Below are positions 61,934 through 64,000 of a stretch of DNA of 64,000 bases, one piece after another. Where the stretch lies: contig JAKIWQ010000006.1 in NCBI GenBank assembly GCA_022749935.1, positions 3,005 through 67,004 of the forward strand, written 5' to 3'. The stretch's first letter is position 1; the number at the start of each line of letters is the position of its first letter. Position numbers and translations under genes: made by a program. This DNA is from Thermoplasmata archaeon. Its GTDB lineage: Archaea > Thermoplasmatota > Thermoplasmata > Lutacidiplasmatales > UBA184. A model generated the notes under the pieces. That model saw only the letters and a list, made by a program, of their open reading frames with translations, made no database searches and had not been told where the DNA came from.

Positions 61934-64000
61934 GCCCTTCCGACCCCCTACAGTTGTCCGAAGTGGTCGACCTCGGAGGTGAGCGAGCCGCCATCTTCCG
62001 CGTCGAGCGCCTCGAAGGAGTGGACGCCCAGCGACTCGCCCGGCTTCCGAGGACGGTCCGCGTGTTCTTGGAGAATATCGTCCGCCACCTCGACCCGACC
62101 CGGACCGAGGTCCACCACGTCCGGGCCCTCGCGAACGGTACCCCGCTGGACGACCGGGTCGAGTTCGCCTACTTCCCCGAACGGGTCCTCTTGCAGGATT
62201 TCACCGGGGTCCCCGTCCTCGTCGACCTCTCCACCCTCCGCAGCGCGGCCGTCGCGCGAGGCATCCCCCCCGAACGCGTCAATCCGGTCGTTCCGGTCGA
62301 CCTGATCGTCGACCACTCGGTCCAGGTGGACAGCTTCGGTTCTCCCCGGTCCCTCCTGATCAATCTCGACCACGAGTACGGGCGAAATCACGAGCGCTAT
62401 CGGTTCCTTCAGTGGGCGAAAGAGGCGTACTCGAACTACCGGATCGTCCCCCCGGGGAACGGGATCTGCCATCAGGTCAACCTCGAGTACATCTCCCAGG
62501 TCGTCGTCCGGCGCGAGGGGAAGGACGGGCCGGTCGCCTTCCCGGACACGCTGCTCGGGACCGATTCCCACACGACGATGGTGAACGGGGTCTCGGTACT
62601 CGGCTGGGGCGTCGGCGGCATCGAGGCGGAGGCGGTGATGTTGGGGGAGCCGTACTTCCTCCCCCGGCCCGTCGTGGTGGGGGTCGAGTTGAAGGGAACC
62701 CTCCCGGCGGGCGCGACCGCGACCGACCTCGTGCTCACCGTCACCCGAACGCTTCGGGAGAAAGGCGTCGTCGACCGATTCGTCGAGTTCTTCGGCCCGG
62801 GGGTCTCGACCCTCTCCGTCTCCGACCGGGCGACCATCTCGAACATGTGCCCGGAGTACGGGGCGACCGCGGCGTACTTCCCGATCGACGAAGGCACGAT
62901 CGCCTACCTCACGCTGACCGGCCGGCCGCCGAGCCTCATCCGACGCGTCGAGGCCTACGCCCGAGCCATGGGCCTCTGGGGCTCCCCCGCGCCGGGGTCG
63001 ATCGACTACGACGAGGTCCTCACCATCGACGTCGGCGCGGTGGTCCCCACGATCTCGGGACCCCGGAACCCCGAAGAGAGCGTCGCGCTGTCCGACGCTC
63101 CCCGGTCGTTCGCGGAAGCCCTCGGGAGCTACCGAAAGGGGCGGCCCGCGAAATCCAACGGCGGAGGGTCGCCCTCTCCGGTCGCCCCCGTCGCAGACGG
63201 CTCGGTCGTCATCGCGGCGATCACCAGCTGCACGAACACGTCCAACCCGTTCGTCATGGTGGGCGCGGGGTTGATCGCGCAACGGGCCCTCGCGCTCGGG
63301 TTGCGAGTTCCTCCTCACGTCAAAACCTCGCTCGCCCCGGGGTCGAAGGTCGTGACCGACTACCTCGAGAAGGCGGGGCTCATGGCCCCCCTCGCCGGGC
63401 TCGGATTCTCCCTCGTGGGGTACGGGTGCACGACGTGCATCGGGAACTCCGGCCCGCTCCCCGCCCCGGTCTCCCAGCAGGTCGTCGATGGGGACCTTTA
63501 CGTCGCGGCGGTCCTCAGCGGGAATCGAAACTTCGAGGCCCGGATCCAGAACCAGGTACGGGCGAACTATCTCGCGTCGCCGATGCTCGTGGTCGCCTAC
63601 GCGCTCGCGGGCCGGATGGACCTCAATCTCACGTCGGAGCCGCTCGGCCAGCGACCGGACGGGAGTCCGGTGTTCCTCCGGGACCTTAGGCCCGCGGCCG
63701 AGGAGGTGCGCCGGGTGGTGGAGCGGAGCGTGGAGCCGGGAATGTTCACGAAGGAGTATCGGGCGATCGAGGTGGGGGACGCCCACTGGGAATCGTTGGA
63801 CCCCCCCCACGGACCGAACTACGCCTGGTCTTCCGAGTCGACTTATCTCGCCGAGGCGCCGTACCTTCACCTTCCGCCGCCCTGGTTACCCAAGGGTGGC
63901 GTCTTCGTCCGGGGCGCGCGACCCCTGGTCGTGCTCGGGGACCGGGTCACGACCGACCATATCTCCCCGGCCGGCGAGATCGCCGAAGGCTCCCCGGCCG
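61930..64000 (+). CDS. acnA: Aconitate hydratase A (5' two-thirds; runs off the right edge)
   Basis: My own translation from ATG 61930 (ATGA overlap with the ABC ATPase stop): MSPSDPLQLSEVVDLGG...RLPRTVRVFLENIVRH...LLQDFTGVPVLVDL...IVDHSVQVD...GNGICHQVNLEY...GTDSHTTM...ITSCTNTSNP...GYGCTTCIGNSG. It is not in the ORF track because no stop lies in the window. The 640-aa minus-strand ORF here is its antisense shadow. Confidence 0.9.
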   Translation, partial: MSPSDPLQLSEVVDLGGERAAIFRVERLEGVDAQRLARLPRTVRVFLENIVRHLDPTRTEVHHVRALANGTPLDDRVEFAYFPERVLLQDFTGVPVLVDLSTLRSAAVARGIPPERVNPVVPVDLIVDHSVQVDSFGSPRSLLINLDHEYGRNHERYRFLQWAKEAYSNYRIVPPGNGICHQVNLEYISQVVVRREGKDGPVAFPDTLLGTDSHTTMVNGVSVLGWGVGGIEAEAVMLGEPYFLPRPVVVGVELKGTLPAGATATDLVLTVTRTLREKGVVDRFVEFFGPGVSTLSVSDRATISNMCPEYGATAAYFPIDEGTIAYLTLTGRPPSLIRRVEAYARAMGLWGSPAPGSIDYDEVLTIDVGAVVPTISGPRNPEESVALSDAPRSFAEALGSYRKGRPAKSNGGGSPSPVAPVADGSVVIAAITSCTNTSNPFVMVGAGLIAQRALALGLRVPPHVKTSLAPGSKVVTDYLEKAGLMAPLAGLGFSLVGYGCTTCIGNSGPLPAPVSQQVVDGDLYVAAVLSGNRNFEARIQNQVRANYLASPMLVVAYALAGRMDLNLTSEPLGQRPDGSPVFLRDLRPAAEEVRRVVERSVEPGMFTKEYRAIEVGDAHWESLDPPHGPNYAWSSESTYLAEAPYLHLPPPWLPKGGVFVRGARPLVVLGDRVTTDHISPAGEIAEGSPA

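Noticed and set aside
61948-63870. 640-aa minus-strand ORF, the longest unexplained ORF in the track at the right end
   Set aside because: Its translation is R/G/P/D-rich low-complexity sequence. The opposite strand encodes an unmistakable aconitase (QDFTGVP, DHSVQVD, GTDSHTTM, CTNTSNP, GCTTCIGNSG). It is an antisense shadow ORF typical of high-GC DNA.
1-64000. CRISPR arrays, transposases, integrases, prophage or defence-system genes, rRNA and tRNA genes
   Set aside because: None was recognised in any frame or in the intergenic regions larger than 80 nt that I inspected. The window looks like core chromosome with several probably horizontally acquired metabolic operons.

Overview
High-GC (roughly two-thirds G+C by eye), gene-dense chromosomal segment that I read as archaeal. 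It carries TATA-box binding protein, Orc1/Cdc6, aIF-1A, an archaeal class I CCA-adding enzyme, an RPA/Rpap pair and Bud32. The TPP riboswitch and the thermopsin-like surface-protein modules point to a Thermoplasmatota-like lineage; that placement is inference only. About 60 protein genes are supportable. They include a tightly packed minus-strand pentose phosphate operon (tkt, tal-pgi fusion, HAD, gnd, zwf, pgl) beside a ROK sugar kinase; a folE / DHFR-like / FAD-Rieske cluster; two fatty-acid beta-oxidation blocks (thiolase+DUF35+acyl-CoA ligase+ACAD+crotonase, and ACAD+etfBA with fixC); a replication/transcription string (tbp, tatD, tmk, cdc6, lipA); a 1280-aa N-glycosylation-rich surface protein; a DtxR-family regulator with a metal transporter; pyrF, pdxS and a partial aconitase. 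A TPP riboswitch precedes a thiBPQ-like ABC importer. I found no rRNA, tRNA, CRISPR array, transposase or integrase. Many first genes have a TATA-like box about 24-32 nt upstream of the start codon (leaderless-type promoters), while internal operon genes have Shine-Dalgarno motifs and 1-14 nt overlaps. The ORF track is full of long alternative-frame and antisense ORFs and of N-terminal over-extensions, which are stop-codon-poor artefacts of high GC; I trimmed starts by homology logic and in-frame start codons, so starts are less certain than stops. I see no clear-cut novel multi-gene system. The points most worth follow-up are the bacterial-type oxidative PPP operon in an archaeal context, the riboswitch with an SD-sequestering hairpin, a 39-aa metallothionein-like mini-ORF, a THUMP-less ThiI, the modular surface glycoprotein and an unexplained 465-nt non-coding gap.
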